A DNA stretch of 64,000 bases from Camelus dromedarius (taxonomy: Eukaryota): the NCBI RefSeq assembly GCF_036321535.1, contig NC_087436.1, positions 96,226,001 through 96,290,000 of the forward strand, in the 5' to 3' direction. Within the stretch, counting starts at the first letter, position 1; every line of letters begins with the position of its first letter. Shown here in pieces: positions 1-11,972 of the stretch. The notes below the pieces were generated by a model. It was not told the DNA's origin and did no database searches. It was given only the letters and a program-made list of their open reading frames with translations. Made by a program: the position numbers and the translations under genes.

Positions 1-679
1 AGACTAGTTTCTGCCCACATTTCTTTTCCAAGGACCAAAAGAGCTGCTCTATGCTTTCATGGACGGTGACACAGAGCGAGGACTCATCGACGTCTCTGTG
101 AGATCGCCAATGTCTCACCTCCCTGAAGGTCAGGTTCACAAACATGGGCAGCGTGCACTTGGAGAAGGCGTTGTTCACATAAATCTGCTGGCCCGACGTG
201 ACCTTCCTCTTGACCCGCAGCAGCTGGTGTTTGAGCACCTGGCTGCACATCTTCCTGTCCCGCGGAACCAGCTCGATGTAGTTGTCTTCTGCGTGGATAA
301 GGCACCGTAGCTTCTGCAGGATCCCGTGTTTGTTGGGCAGCGTGGAGAGGACGATCCGGACAAAGCGGGGAAGGTGAGCTGGGAGCCACCAGAGCTTCCT
401 GGCCTCGTCGCTGTCCGAGAGTTGCTCCAGGGCATCAAATATCACCACGAGAGGCCTCTGCAGCGAAGACTCATTCAGAAGGTTGATAAATAAGTCACGG
501 AGGTCATGGATCTTCTTAGGGTAGCTCTGAACCAGGCACCGGTAGTTAACTGCCAACTGTTCACAAACACTTACAAGGAGAGTCCTGAGATCAGTACTCA
601 TGTCTGTGGTTCCTAGAAATCGCACGACTACGACTGGGTCCGATTCTGGTCCTGTGTCTTCATGTAGCCAGCCATAAGC
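1..679 (-). CDS. NWD2: NWD2 large terminal coding exon, 5' part (continues past window start); NACHT Walker B and following helical region
   Basis: Acceptor cttggcctttattttttag|GCT at 681-680; 226 stop-free codons AYGWLHEDTGPESDPVVVVRFLGTTDMSTDLRTLLVSVCEQLAVNYRCLVQSYPKKIHDLRDLFINLLNESSLQRPLVVIFDALEQLS...FWSLEKKCGQKLV, matching NWD2 as recalled; Walker B LVVIFDALE at 451-425. Absent from the ORF track because it runs off the edge. Confidence 0.97.
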
Positions 680-2256
680 CTAAAAAATAAAGGCCAAGTT
701 TAGAATGGTGACAGAGAGTCACACGGTCACATGCAGCAACGCCTCCTGTCGGCACAGATCGGACTTCTGGTAACCCTGACCATGCAGAAAGTAGCCTAGA
801 ACCGGGAAATGGGAAAACCTGAGATGGTCGAAGAGCTGTTGCAAAGCTCATAGGTGAGACCCTCAGGGCCACTCTACTGAAGGCAATAGAGCGGTGATGA
901 CAGTACTAGTCAGTCATAAGGCAGCATTTAGCTGGTGTTCTAAAAGTCACAAAGCATTTCACAAACTGTAAATCTGAATATCTAATATGGTTAGTTTTTC
1001 ATTACTGAATTTTCATTTCCTGGCACAGTTGTTGGCACATGGTAGGTGCTTAGTAAGTATTTATTTAATGAAAAGATTAAGTAATGATCTACACAGTATA
1101 TCAATCAAATATGTCCCTTAATTGAGATCACATAAGGCCCTCTCTTTCCCATTCTCTCTCCCTCTCTTTCTCCCTTTTAATTGTAGAGTTAAAGAGAGAA
1201 AATATACGAAGAGGGGGCTGATAAGTTTAGTATCTTTCTGTCTGGAATTGCAAGGACAAAAAGGGATATGATCAAAGTATAAAACACTCCAAAACGTATT
1301 TTTAGGGAGACAACATCTTTCAGTAATGCTTGGAATTCACCAAGGATGCTCCTTAGGAAAGCACATGTTATTTAATACATTAGAAAGTTAGTTTATGAAA
1401 CTTGGTTCCTTCAGAAATAGTTCAGGTTGAAGTTAGAATATGTTCAGAAAAGATTCAGGGATGTCAGTTTCAGAACGAGCTGTTAAGGAAAATAAGCAAC
1501 TCGTGGTTGGTGATCAGCCCCAGCTTTTGCTGCTGACTTGGAGGACGGTAATACCCTGCCACTTTACAGCATCTTTTGCTGGCAAATCAGAAAGAGAACA
1601 CAATTTGTCCCTACTTGGATGGCTTATGATGATTATTTGCATTGTCCTCCCTCCTCCCAATCACGTGTGGTGGGATGTGTGATGTCTATAAAGAATGGCC
1701 CTGCCATCATTAGTTCATGTCCAAGGAAATGTCGGCTGCATGGGAGATAACCTAGAGATGAACACGAGATGCCTGTCTCCATCCTCACACAGGACATGAG
1801 GTCACAAGAGGACAGGGTGTTGTTGGTGGAAGTGGCGGCAAGTAGAAGGAGATGGGGGCAGGGGGTAGAAGTTCCCCAGGAGAGAGGCAAGCAGAGCAGA
1901 GACAAGGGACCTAGAAATAGGCATGGCTCATATCCAGAACAGCAAGAACTCAGAAAGCCATTTTTCAAGTTGATTAACTGTCACCACGTTCTGCCCACAG
2001 GGATCGCTTCTGTGTACAGGCAGATCAGCACACGTCACGTGACTGCCTCCCGTGCTAGACACGTGGGGCTGCATCACATGCACACTGTCCTTCTACCTCC
2101 TCCACAAGGAAGAGGCCTCAGAGTGAGTGTGAAATCAACACATGGATGTCTTCTCATTTGATTTCAGTTCCCATGGGCTGCTTGTAACGTTACTATCTTG
2201 TTAACTTGGAAAAATTGTAAAGTTTGAGGATACACATACAAAGCAGTGTTCAAAGA

Positions 2257-2310
2257 CAGACAGACACACACACGTACACGCACACGCACACGCACACGCA
2301 CACACATACA
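2257..2310. repeat. (CA)n/(CACACG)n microsatellite
   Basis: cagacagacacacacacgtacacgcacacgcacacgcacacgcacacacataca. Confidence 0.9.
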
Positions 2311-2589
2311 TTTATTTGATGCAGTGTGGCTCCTAGATGTAAGCCTGCCATTTCATCAGGTGTTCAGTTAAAGCGAGAGCTGCGTGTCCTAACACAAGAA
2401 GAAACCAGCACCTGGGCTTGGCAGATTAAGAAATGGTAAATGGACCTTCCTGAGGACTTTTTAAGAGTAAGTTTGATATATCTGGTTGTCACCTGTGACC
2501 TTGCTTTGGAACCTAATCACCACAAAAGGTGCAACACAACTGTCCCTGCTCTTGTCCTCAAGATAACCTACCCGAGACAGTGCAGCATG

Positions 2590-4050
2590 TGATGGATCAT
2601 GAGAATGTTCACAGAGTTAAAGAAAGCTCTGTTCTTAAGAGAGTAACCACAGGAAGAACAATATAGAGATTCCAAGGTAACGTCAGGATAATATAAACTA
2701 TCAGATTTGGACATCAAGTGTCCCAGGAGGTTAAAACAGGGACTAGTTTCATCCAGGTTAGACTGAGGTCCGAAGACAATAGATAGCACACTCCAGGGTG
2801 GAGCTCTGGGCCATCATGCACACCTTGAAAGGGAGTTGTGAAAACCAGTTTTGCTGCCTTTGGCTGACTACCCACCTCCAGTCTGAAAAGGAGATTCAAG
2901 AGGCCAAGAAAAAAGTGGGAGATGAGAATGCCGTGGGTCGTATCTATCACCACCACACTCCCAAAGGGGAGGGCTGAGAGATGCGCACCCCTCACTTCCA
3001 GCCTAGGGAAGGGGCTGCAATACACCACTTACGGGATGTCCCCTAGGGCTTGGGAGACATGGCCATATGTGTCTGGTGACATCTGAGAAATATGGAGGTT
3101 GAGTGACTGAGGCTGGCTAGCTGCTCCTATGGAGGAGTGATGAGAGAGCTGCTGTATGGAACTGAAGTTTCTCAGAGTCAAAAAATGCTGAGTGTTTGCC
3201 AGGTATCGGATGTGGGCCAATGGCTAACATGAGCTGACAATGATTTCTGTTGGTTTTGTTTTTCCCAGGTCCTGTCTAAGGGAGTTTGCTAGGTTGTGGA
3301 GAGGCTCTTGGCAGAGAGATACTAGAAATGTGTTTCTGGATGTATAGGAGCCACAGAGGTGACCGGCTGGAAGAACAGTGCAGTTGCCTGTATCTAGGGA
3401 ACCACAGGTGAGAGATGTTCAGTGAGGACCAGAGAGGCAGGGAGTGTGGATGTGGGAGGGAAAGGACCTTTGGGAAACTATGAAAAGGGCTCAGAAGAAA
3501 TGGGAGGAAGTTTTAAACACCTGCCAAGATGAGAGTACAGAGCCCAGGTCAGAAAAGTACTGGTCATTTAGGAGTGTCCTGCCACCCTACCTTTCCTACA
3601 TCCCCTAAACCACAACCCTATAGGAGTCAGAAGTGTGGTCAGGGTTAGGAACGGGGGGAAGAAGGGCTGTGTGGTGAAAGAAAGGAGACGATGGCCATGT
3701 CTGTATTTCCCACTGGAGGTGCCTTGCGTGCGGTAGACTTCAGCTGGCAGGGGGGAGATGTAGACTGAAGTTTTCATTATCATCTTAGACGGGACGTACT
3801 CATTGCTGAACTGAGATGGATTTAGTGTCCAGAAGTGATTGTCTTTGCTCAGAGGGAAGAGAAGAGTTGTGAGATCTGCCCTAGTTTCCATCCAAATGAG
3901 AACTAGCCCCACGACACGAGTGTGAACAGCGAGAGACAAAATAAAGCTGTTCTATAATGGCACCCCGTGAGTCCTATTCTTTCAGCATAACTGTTAGCCC
4001 AGCAAAAGAGAAATGCTGAAATATCCATTCCCAGAAGACCAGTTCAGATA
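2590..4050 (+). mobile_element. Possible ancient long LTR relic (family uncertain)
   Basis: GC-balanced ~1.4 kb block ending in an LTR-like AATAAA (~3940) followed by a U5-like tgagtcctattcttt; no clear TSD; boundaries approximate. Confidence 0.25.
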
Positions 4051-4144
4051 GTAAGCTCAGAAAATGGAAGTGAATTTGACCAACTGATCTTTTCCCCAAA
4101 GTAAAAGTTTTTACAGAAACACTCATAAAAGGATAGGCTTTTAC

Positions 4145-4734
4145 CTTCTTTGCTACTTCAGCGAGCAGAAGGGTCTTCCCCGTGCATGGTCCACCATATA
4201 TAATAAGAGGGTTGATGTGCCCGGTTTTGCTTGGAAGAATGTATTTATGCACTATGTTTAGAGATTCACATTTGTACTCATAGAAGGAGGCGTATGTTTT
4301 ACATAATGATGAATGCTGAAGGATTTCGTCGTAGAGCGTATCAGTTTCCGTGTCAAAGTTCTGTTGCACTGTTGCCTGAATTATGTCAATCATGTCCTCA
4401 TAAAATTGTTTACCGAGTCCTTCTATGTAATGATTTTCTATTTCTTGGGAGTAGCCTAGTTTCATGTCACAATGAGTAACAGATGTGTACACTCTCAGAT
4501 TTGATGATGCAACGATGGTAGGAATAAATTCATCCCTGAGTTTTACCAGCTTCTCTTGGGCTTCTGGGTCCCGAATAATCCTTGGTTCTGCTCCGGTTAT
4601 ATCCATGTATTTTCCCATCTCTGGGATTTTCACGAAACGCTCAATGTTAGCAATTTTCCTAATGTAGCAAACACACTTCTTTAGAAATGCTGGAGTTTGC
4701 TTTCCTAGAGCAAAGTCAAACTCGTCTTCTATGG
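4145..4734 (-). CDS. NWD2: NWD2 coding exon (590 nt), ends just after NACHT Walker A
   Basis: ttccag|CCATAGAA acceptor and AAG|gtaaaa donor; (A)IEDEFDFALGKQTPAFLKKCVCYIRK...PLIIYGGPCTGKTLLLAEVAKK (core of ORF 3974-4753); Walker A at 4195-4172; phase 1 to 0 fits neighbours. Confidence 0.97.
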
Positions 4735-5569
4735 CTGGAAGAAAATATGACAAGGAGTTTATTGCCTAGAACAAAGAAGCAAGGCACCTCCACTCCTGGG
4801 ACGTAACTCTCAAGTCACCAGTGGTAGTTTATTTTGCTTATAGTGTATAGCAGAGTCATCTATAAAATAATCTCTTAATTCCTTAATTTCCTATTTGTCT
4901 TTTCCTAAACAGCCTGGAACTCAGACAAGGGGTTTAAATAAAATTGTTTAATTTCCTCCCCAACCCAAGAGAGAGGTTGAACATAAGCACAAGAAAGAAA
5001 GGAAACCAAGTTTATAGTTGATTCTTTTAAGTTCCTGCTTAGCTTCACTCTCAGACTTCAGGGGTTCTAAGAGTGAAGAGCAGGAACAAACCGGGGCCAG
5101 GAAAGAATGAGGAAGAGGCCAAATGATGTATCTAGTTTGCTTCTTCCTTGTTCAGCCTCTTCTTTACAATGTGGGTTCACCATTTTGTTTCAGATACATT
5201 GCACCCCAGAGAGAGATGTGTAAATAAAAGCGTGTTCAAAATATAGCCATGTGCTGATTATATTTATCCATTATCCATGTCACTGTTAAATCCCATTATA
5301 CCCATCAGAGTAGGTTCTGAAAAATGACTTAGTGTGTAACTTTATTTCTTCTAAGAAACCACATTGGGTCTTACAATACCTATGCTCACATAAAAGTAAA
5401 TATACATTCTAAATCATCTGAGATCCCATAAGAACATTTAAAATTGGATCAGTAGTAATAACATCACTTACTTGTGATTTTAGGGAAGAAAAATAAAAAT
5501 AAAACAATTAAATCAATGGAAATGAATTTTAAGGCAAGGAGTCTTTTCAAACTGGCTGCCTCCCCTCCT

Positions 5570-5750
5570 GCGTTCCTTCATCCAGTTGGTCTTAGATGAG
5601 CATCTACTATGTGCCAGGCACTCTGCTAGTTGCTTAGGATACAGTGGAGAGAAAACAGGATGCTGAGAGAAAAAGCCATTAGGAAGCTGACAGTCTAGTG
5701 GAGGATGGAAGACATGAATCATGGAGTCCCACAGATAAGTGTATTGTGAT
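5570..5750 (-). mobile_element. L2 3' fragment
   Basis: tgagcatctactatgtgccaggcactctgctag..ggatacagtgg, reverse complement of the L2 3' end. Confidence 0.75.
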
Positions 5751-5779
5751 TGTTTTTAGACCCATGAAATGATATTGTT

Positions 5780-5952
5780 CATTTATTTTATTACTTGCCT
5801 ATCATTTATTTCCTCCCACTAAAAAAAACAATTAGTTCCAAGGGAGTAGAGACCTTGCTTTCTTGGTCATTGTTGTAGCCTCAGTGCCTGACACACAGGG
5901 TGCCCTCAATAAATGTTTGCTGAGTGAGCGACTGAGTGAATGAATGAATGAA
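5780..5952 (+). mobile_element. L2 3' end
   Basis: cagtgcctgacacacag..ctcaataaatgtttgctgagtga..(TGAA)n tail. Confidence 0.8.
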
Positions 5953-6235
5953 CAGCTCAACTGAGAAACAGTGGCAGAGTCTGGTCTATTATATCCAGCC
6001 TCCTCTGACTTCTTTTAAAGTCCCATTTTCTGGAGATGTCGTCAAGTTAAGTGAAGGCTTACCTTTGAGTTAAAACCAAAGAACACTTGTCTCTCCAGGA
6101 GATGGAACCATTTTAGAAAAATTAAGTTTCACCAGGCAGTAAATGCAATTAAATTTGCAGAACCATAAAAGGGAAGGAGTGAATGCCTCTATTATTGAGC
6201 TATTCCTTAGTTTACTGAGGTTGTGTAAAAATTAC

Positions 6236-6380
6236 CTGAGAACAGATATCTCTTGGCTTGGCTGTGTTTCATTTTCCCCTTTTCATGCAACAGTTTTACA
6301 GCAGCCTTAAATATCTTCTTGATCTCATCTGATATCTCTTGCCAGGTCTTCTCATTCTCAGCATTGCCAGAGGGCTGCAT
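6236..6380 (-). CDS. NWD2: NWD2 coding exon (145 nt)
   Basis: ttccatag|ATGCAG acceptor, TCAG|gtaatt donor; MQPSGNAENEKTWQEISDEIKKIFKAAVKLLHEKGKMKHSQAKRYLFS + G, which completes the Ala codon with the next exon. Confidence 0.96.
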
Positions 6381-7104
6381 CTATGGAAACATAAAAGTGA
6401 GAGATTAGTCTTAAAATCATCAAAGGAAACCCAATACTTAAAAGCAAGAGAACTGTTGTTATTTGAAGATCTACTATGTGCCTTAGTCTGACAGGCACTT
6501 AACAGACAGTATCTCATTTCCTCTCCTTAATCCCCTGAAAGTGATGTGAACTCGCCCAAGTGACACAACAATGTGAATCCAGACAGGATTTATTTGTGGG
6601 GCTTTCTTAATATAACATGTGTTTCCCTCTTGAGTTTTGATACAAAATCATCCCTTCAATATCCTCTTTAGAGAAGACACAGTTAAAGGGGAGGTGCTCA
6701 TATGTTACTATTTAATTGTCTTAAGTTGTTTCTTCCTCATTTATTTTTATGATCTTCTAGGAAATAAAACAGGAGGAGTGCCAACCAAGAAAGTAACATT
6801 TATAGAGTATTGCTGATGATGATCTTCAAACATTCATTTACTTGGCAACAGTTTATGCTGAAATATCATGTGGGGTTTAGAAAATAACTTAAATTTCCCT
6901 AGAGGATCAGGGAATCAAATGAAGAAGGAACAACGAAAGCCAATTAAATAGACGTATACGTGCAAGTGCCCTCAAACCACTGTGTGAAACTGGTTTCTTG
7001 AGGTATCATGTTTTTTGACATCTACATTTATCAGCTACTGCCTTCACTCCTGGCATACTTAACTGGGGATGGTTTGGGGCTTACCTCAATATTCTTCTCC
7101 ATAT

Positions 7105-7200
7105 TCTAGCAGAAAGAAGTAGGTGAAATTAACTTTAACAACATTTTATTTTAACCCAGCATATCCAAAATGTCATCATATTGCATATCATTAACAAGTA
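7105..7200. mobile_element. MER3/MER33-type hAT-Charlie fragment
   Basis: aggtgaaattaactttaacaacattttattttaacccagcatatccaaaatgtc. Confidence 0.55.
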
Positions 7201-7689
7201 ATTAATGTAAGATTATTAGTGGAAAAGAATAACTAAATTGTCTGAAATTTTTTAAAAAAAATTACTTTGAAAAATATATGTGAGGAGGAAGAAGAAAAAT
7301 TGAGAAATCTGGTATGATTTCATTTTGCATGGAGAACATGCTTTATGTTAAATATCAGAATGACAAATACACAGGGTTCTTGAATGAAGAGCTGTTGCTA
7401 ACCCAGGGCTCTCCCCATCTCGGAGCTGCCTGGGTGCTGAATGTATCAGGGATATTCTGTTTAGAAGAGGAATTGGATATCTATGCCTTCTTTTCTGTCT
7501 CTGTAAAAAGGCTCTGCAATGAATAAGCCCACCCATTTTCTCTACCTCCTCCATTCAGTTTCTGAGGACACGTAATTGATACATCTGGGAACAAAGATGG
7601 AGAAAAGTCAATGATAATGTTTTCATCATACTCATGCATGACTCAACCACACTCCAAGATTCTACATAAGACACAAGAATATAAATTAA

Positions 7690-8300
7690 CAATGTATGAA
7701 ATGTTAAAGGAAAATACTGAATTAAAAAAAGAGAGAGACTATAAAAGTGGCTAAGCAGATTTTTAAAAGATCACCTCCCCCCCAAAAAACCCTTTCACAA
7801 ATTAAAAATATAATCGTTGAACTTGAAAACTCAATGCATGAACAGAGTGGACACAGCTGAAAAAGAAAATTGGTGGACTGGAAAAAAGGTCTAAAGTAAT
7901 TTTCTGGACAGCAGCACAGAAAGATAAGGAAATTGATAATGTAAAAGATAGTTAAGAGACATGGAGGAGGACTGAGGCAGTCTAATGTACATCTAATTAA
8001 AGAGCAAAAAGGAAAGACGGAAGGAATAGAGGAGAGATGTTATTTGATGAGATGATGGTTGAGAATTTCCCAGAACTGATAGACTACATGAATTTGCAAA
8101 TATAGGAAGCACAACATATACCACACAGCATATGTACGTAGACACATAATAGCAAAATGAGAAAAATATTTTCAGATAAACAGAATTTATCGCTAGTCGA
8201 CCTTCATTAATGGAACCTTCAAAAGGTATACTTCAGGAAGGAGGAAATGACCCCAGAAGGAAAATCTGAGATGCCAAAAAAGAAAGATGGGTCAAAAATT
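7690..8300 (+). mobile_element. Old L1M ORF1-region fragment
   Basis: A-rich aaaactcaatg..gacacagctgaa..tctaatgtacatctaatt..gagaatttcccagaactgat, typical decayed L1 ORF1. Confidence 0.65.
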
Positions 8301-8447
8301 GGAAGATTTCTTAGCTTTGGATTTAGTTGTTAAAAAGAAATAATGTTCTGTCTACTGTGACTTTTCTGTGGAGGAAACCACCCCTGGATGGCATAAACTG
8401 TTTAAAGTTGTGGAGAGAGACACAGTTTGGAGAGAAAGTTAACGTAC

Positions 8448-8651
8448 TGCATTTTTATTGCTTTTCAGCATTTCCGATTTGGGTCTGAGGTAATAAGCTG
8501 CAGGCACCGAGTTCTCATCTCGACAGTACCACTCTTCCAGTAACTTGGTTTCCAGCTTCGCCTCTATGGCAGCATCCAAAATCATCTCAAACTCTGAGGC
8601 TTCAACTTCTCCAGGGATTCGGATGTTCCCATATTTTTCACCTAACAGTCC
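8448..8651 (-). CDS. NWD2: NWD2 coding exon (204 nt), N-terminal pre-NACHT domain
   Basis: gatacacag|GGA acceptor, GCA|gtacgt donor; GLLGEKYGNIRIPGEVEASEFEMILDAAIEAKLETKLLEEWYCRDENSVPAAYYLRPKSEMLKSNKNA; phase 0-0. Confidence 0.96.
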
Positions 8652-9209
8652 CTGTGTATCAACAAGAAATTTCAGTTTAGTGTATCACCAAGAAAGTTCA
8701 TTTCAGTACTCACATCATATGGCCACTCAATAAATATTAACAGATAGATAACAAGATACATTGTTCCATCAATTGCCTCTTTTAATCATAGTGGATACTT
8801 TTTTCCCATGGATTATTTCATAAGTAAAATTAGACCATTTATACTGCATTTATAATTTATAATTATAAATTATAATAAATTTACATACTAAGAATTGAGA
8901 TTGCAAATCATATCAGACAAACCCCAAATACAAAATTTTGTAGCGAAGTTGTTTTCACAGAGTTTATATACTATAACAAAAATTGTCTATTTTGAGATTT
9001 TTTTTGTTTGTTCTTGACAAAGAAAGATGATGTGCTGGACTCTTTGAAATATCAAACACGGATACTCGCAAGCAAAAGAATTGCTTTATAAAGAGTTTAC
9101 AGTATGATTCTAAGCCCCAGATTTACACAGCTACAAATGAAAGAAGTATGAAATCATGGAATGTTATGTGACTATAAATCCACTGGTAACTGGAAAAAAT
9201 TCAAAATAT

Positions 9210-9880
9210 AAACAAGATATCATTTTCTCCCTGTTGAACTGGCGAAGGAAAACACGTGCTCAGTGTCGTGTAAGAAAACACCTCTGTAGTGCTGATAAGT
9301 GTGTAAACTGATCCAATGTTTTTTTGAAGGGTATTCTGGCAATATGTATTCAAAGCTTTAAAATACATGAGTTTTGACTTCGCCATTTTTCTTCTGGGAA
9401 TCTGTCTTTAGAAAATAATTAAAGATATACAGAAAGACTTAACAGCATATTTATTCTGAACCTGTTTTACCAGGAAAGAGTTAAACCTATGTGTCCAGCA
9501 AATGGGAACATTTAAATACATATAAATATATTTTGGTACCTCTATTCAAAGGATGTACCAAATTATGTTCTACAACTGTATTGATGTAGAAAGATGTTTA
9601 TAATATATTATTAAGTGAAAAGGTTAAGTTACAAAAGATGTATAAGATGAATCCAATGTTGTATATACATTTTATATATATATGAGAAAGATATATGTAT
9701 ATGTGTAGACATAAACATAACATATACACATAGAGATTTTATAAAAATACACAGCAGGGTTACTAATGGCTATCTTTCAGTGGATGGTTTTAAATTTACT
9801 TTGGTTTTATGAATTCATTGCTTTTTTATTAAAACAATTTTTTTTCAATACATGTGTATTATTTTGCAGTGAGAAAAACA
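9210..9880 (+). mobile_element. L1ME-type 3' region
   Basis: gtgtaaactgatccaatgtttttt..ctggcaatatgtattcaaagc..tttgac..ccattttt.cttctgggaatct motifs. Confidence 0.65.
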
Positions 9881-9972
9881 ACAGGTATTAAAAAATTTTA
9901 AACCTAGTGCTGCTGTCTGTACTTCTTTGTGGAACAACACTTTCAAGTCTCCTCTAAGTGTTTGCTTACACC

Positions 9973-10150
9973 TATGGTTCTCAAAGTGTGGTCCTCAGAG
10001 CAGGAGCATCCTCATCACCCGGGAACTTGTTAGGCCTGCAAGTCCTATGGGCCCATCCCAGACGTTCTGAGTCAGAAACTCTGGGCATAGAGCTGAGCAA
10101 TCTATGTTTTAGCAAGCCCTCCAGGTTCCTGAGCTGCTGGCTTAAGCTGA
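9973..10150 (+). mobile_element. MER5A (hAT-Charlie)
   Basis: tggttctcaaagtgtggtcc..catcacccgggaacttgttag..tgagtcagaaactctggg..tttagcaagccctccagg. Confidence 0.85.
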
Positions 10151-11819
10151 CAAAAAAATTAGCTTATAGAGCACCTGGTATTTCAATTAATCTTCAACGC
10201 CTTATCTAGTAAAAATAAGGAAGGAACAGAAAGAACTCTAGCACAGATCTATCCTGTCCAAGGCAAGTTTGTCTGCTTTGCAGTCTCCACGGGAGAATTT
10301 CTGTTTAATTGGTGGGCGTCCTCATCCTTTCCTCCTGTTGACTAGCACCGTTGCCATAAACTTCCAGCCTGGTCTATCCATTGGAAGGTGAACTGTGGTT
10401 TGGCTTCCTCACAGGCACTTGTTTCTACCTCTGCAACCCCAGCATTCTTTTCATCTCATGCTGGCAGGTGGGAAAATAAAAGTTCTTGGTAGACATATTT
10501 CTAAAATTCATGACCTAAACTCCACTACCCCATGAGGGCAGAGGGCAGAGCTTTTTACTCCTAGCACATAGAAAATATATATTTTTTTAAAAAACCCAAT
10601 ATTTGTTAAATAAATGAATAGACCAAGACAGAGAAAGAAATCCTTTCTTTGTTTGAAATGTCTGCTTGTGTTCAAAGATAATATTTCAGCTCTCAGCAGG
10701 TAAAGTAACAATTTGGGAAAGTACCAATTTTGTCAGCAACCTTCACTTGAGCCCATAGTCTCTTAGCAGGTACTGTCTAAACACATCCCTGGTTGGGCCA
10801 GGCCCCCTCTGTCTCCTTGGGACATAATTCATCTCATTCAGCTGCTTACTGAAGGTGACTGTGGCTAACTGAACTCACTGTTCCAGGCTCAGGTCTCCTC
10901 AGTACTAGCCTCAGAGACCAGGCAGGAAGGAGATACACCTGTTTGTTCTCTTGGGCTGCATAAGTCACTTTGGAAGGGGCTTGAATGAAGGGACTCCACG
11001 TCATTGGTCTCCATTATTTCAGCAAAGTAAACAAGGGTTTATGGAGGACTCTTCGAGATAAGGATGTTCTAACTCAAACCCAGTGTATCAGCCTAAAAGC
11101 AATTATAAGCACTTTTATTTTAATCTGCATTTGTTCTGGGCTATTCTTGCCAACAGGCTCAGTGCAACAAAAATAATATTATTTTGAATTGTTTTCCCCT
11201 AACAATTTCTATTCTAAAATCTCTTATGTTAAACTTCGATAACGAGCAGGCACGACCTCTCACTCTACCACAGACACAAAGGGAGATGATCTATTTAAGG
11301 GTAGCGAGCCTGGTGAGTATCCTACTCCTCTTGGTTAATTCTGGATAAGGGTAGTCAGCATCCTTAGTCAGGCTCTGTCATGATGAGTGAGGTTTTAGTG
11401 CTGGGAAGAGTCATCCAGCAAACCCACCTGGGCAAGGAAGGGAGTAAGACGATTTCTAAGAGGTAGAATTAGGACTTTTGAGAGGAATCCAAAAAGACAA
11501 ATAGTGGAGTTTGGCCATTGGATGGAAGACTTGGTGAACAGGCAGGATATTAAATATGGGATTTAGTAATTGACAATTCTTCATCCAGCAGCCAACAAAG
11601 CCCAGGAATATGATGGACCCAGCAACCAAGATCCAGGGCAAGACCAGCTGGATTTTGAGCATGAAGGGGGAAAGAAGACAAAACAGTGACTAGTGAAACA
11701 AGACCACGTCCCAGGGAAGGACCAGCATCACAGTATTAGCAATTTATTGTTGATTCTCCATCACCACTCTGCTCTAAATAAGGCTGGTCTCAGAGTCTCG
11801 GGTGGGCTCAAATCTATGG

Positions 11820-11972
11820 GACAGTTTCTGAAATGTGCTCCATGAGGCACCTGGATCACCCACGGTGTTTGTTAAAACATAGGTCTCAGACCTGAGGACC
11901 ACTGTGCTTGGGGAGCCCAGGAATCTGGAATTAAAAATGCAGACAAATGAGTCTAGAATTTGAGGACCACTT
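11820..11972. mobile_element. MER5-like hAT-Charlie fragment
   Basis: atcacccacggtgtttgttaaaa..gcccaggaatctg..tttgaggaccact. Confidence 0.5.

Noticed and set aside
59..438. ORFs 59-310, 84-389 and 175-438
   Set aside because: Alternative-frame or antisense shadows of the GC-rich NWD2 exon.
3974..4753. 259-aa ORF as a stand-alone gene or intron-read-through isoform
   Set aside because: Core is the 590-nt NWD2 exon; the extensions cross canonical splice sites and no nearby minus-strand polyA signal supports a truncated isoform.
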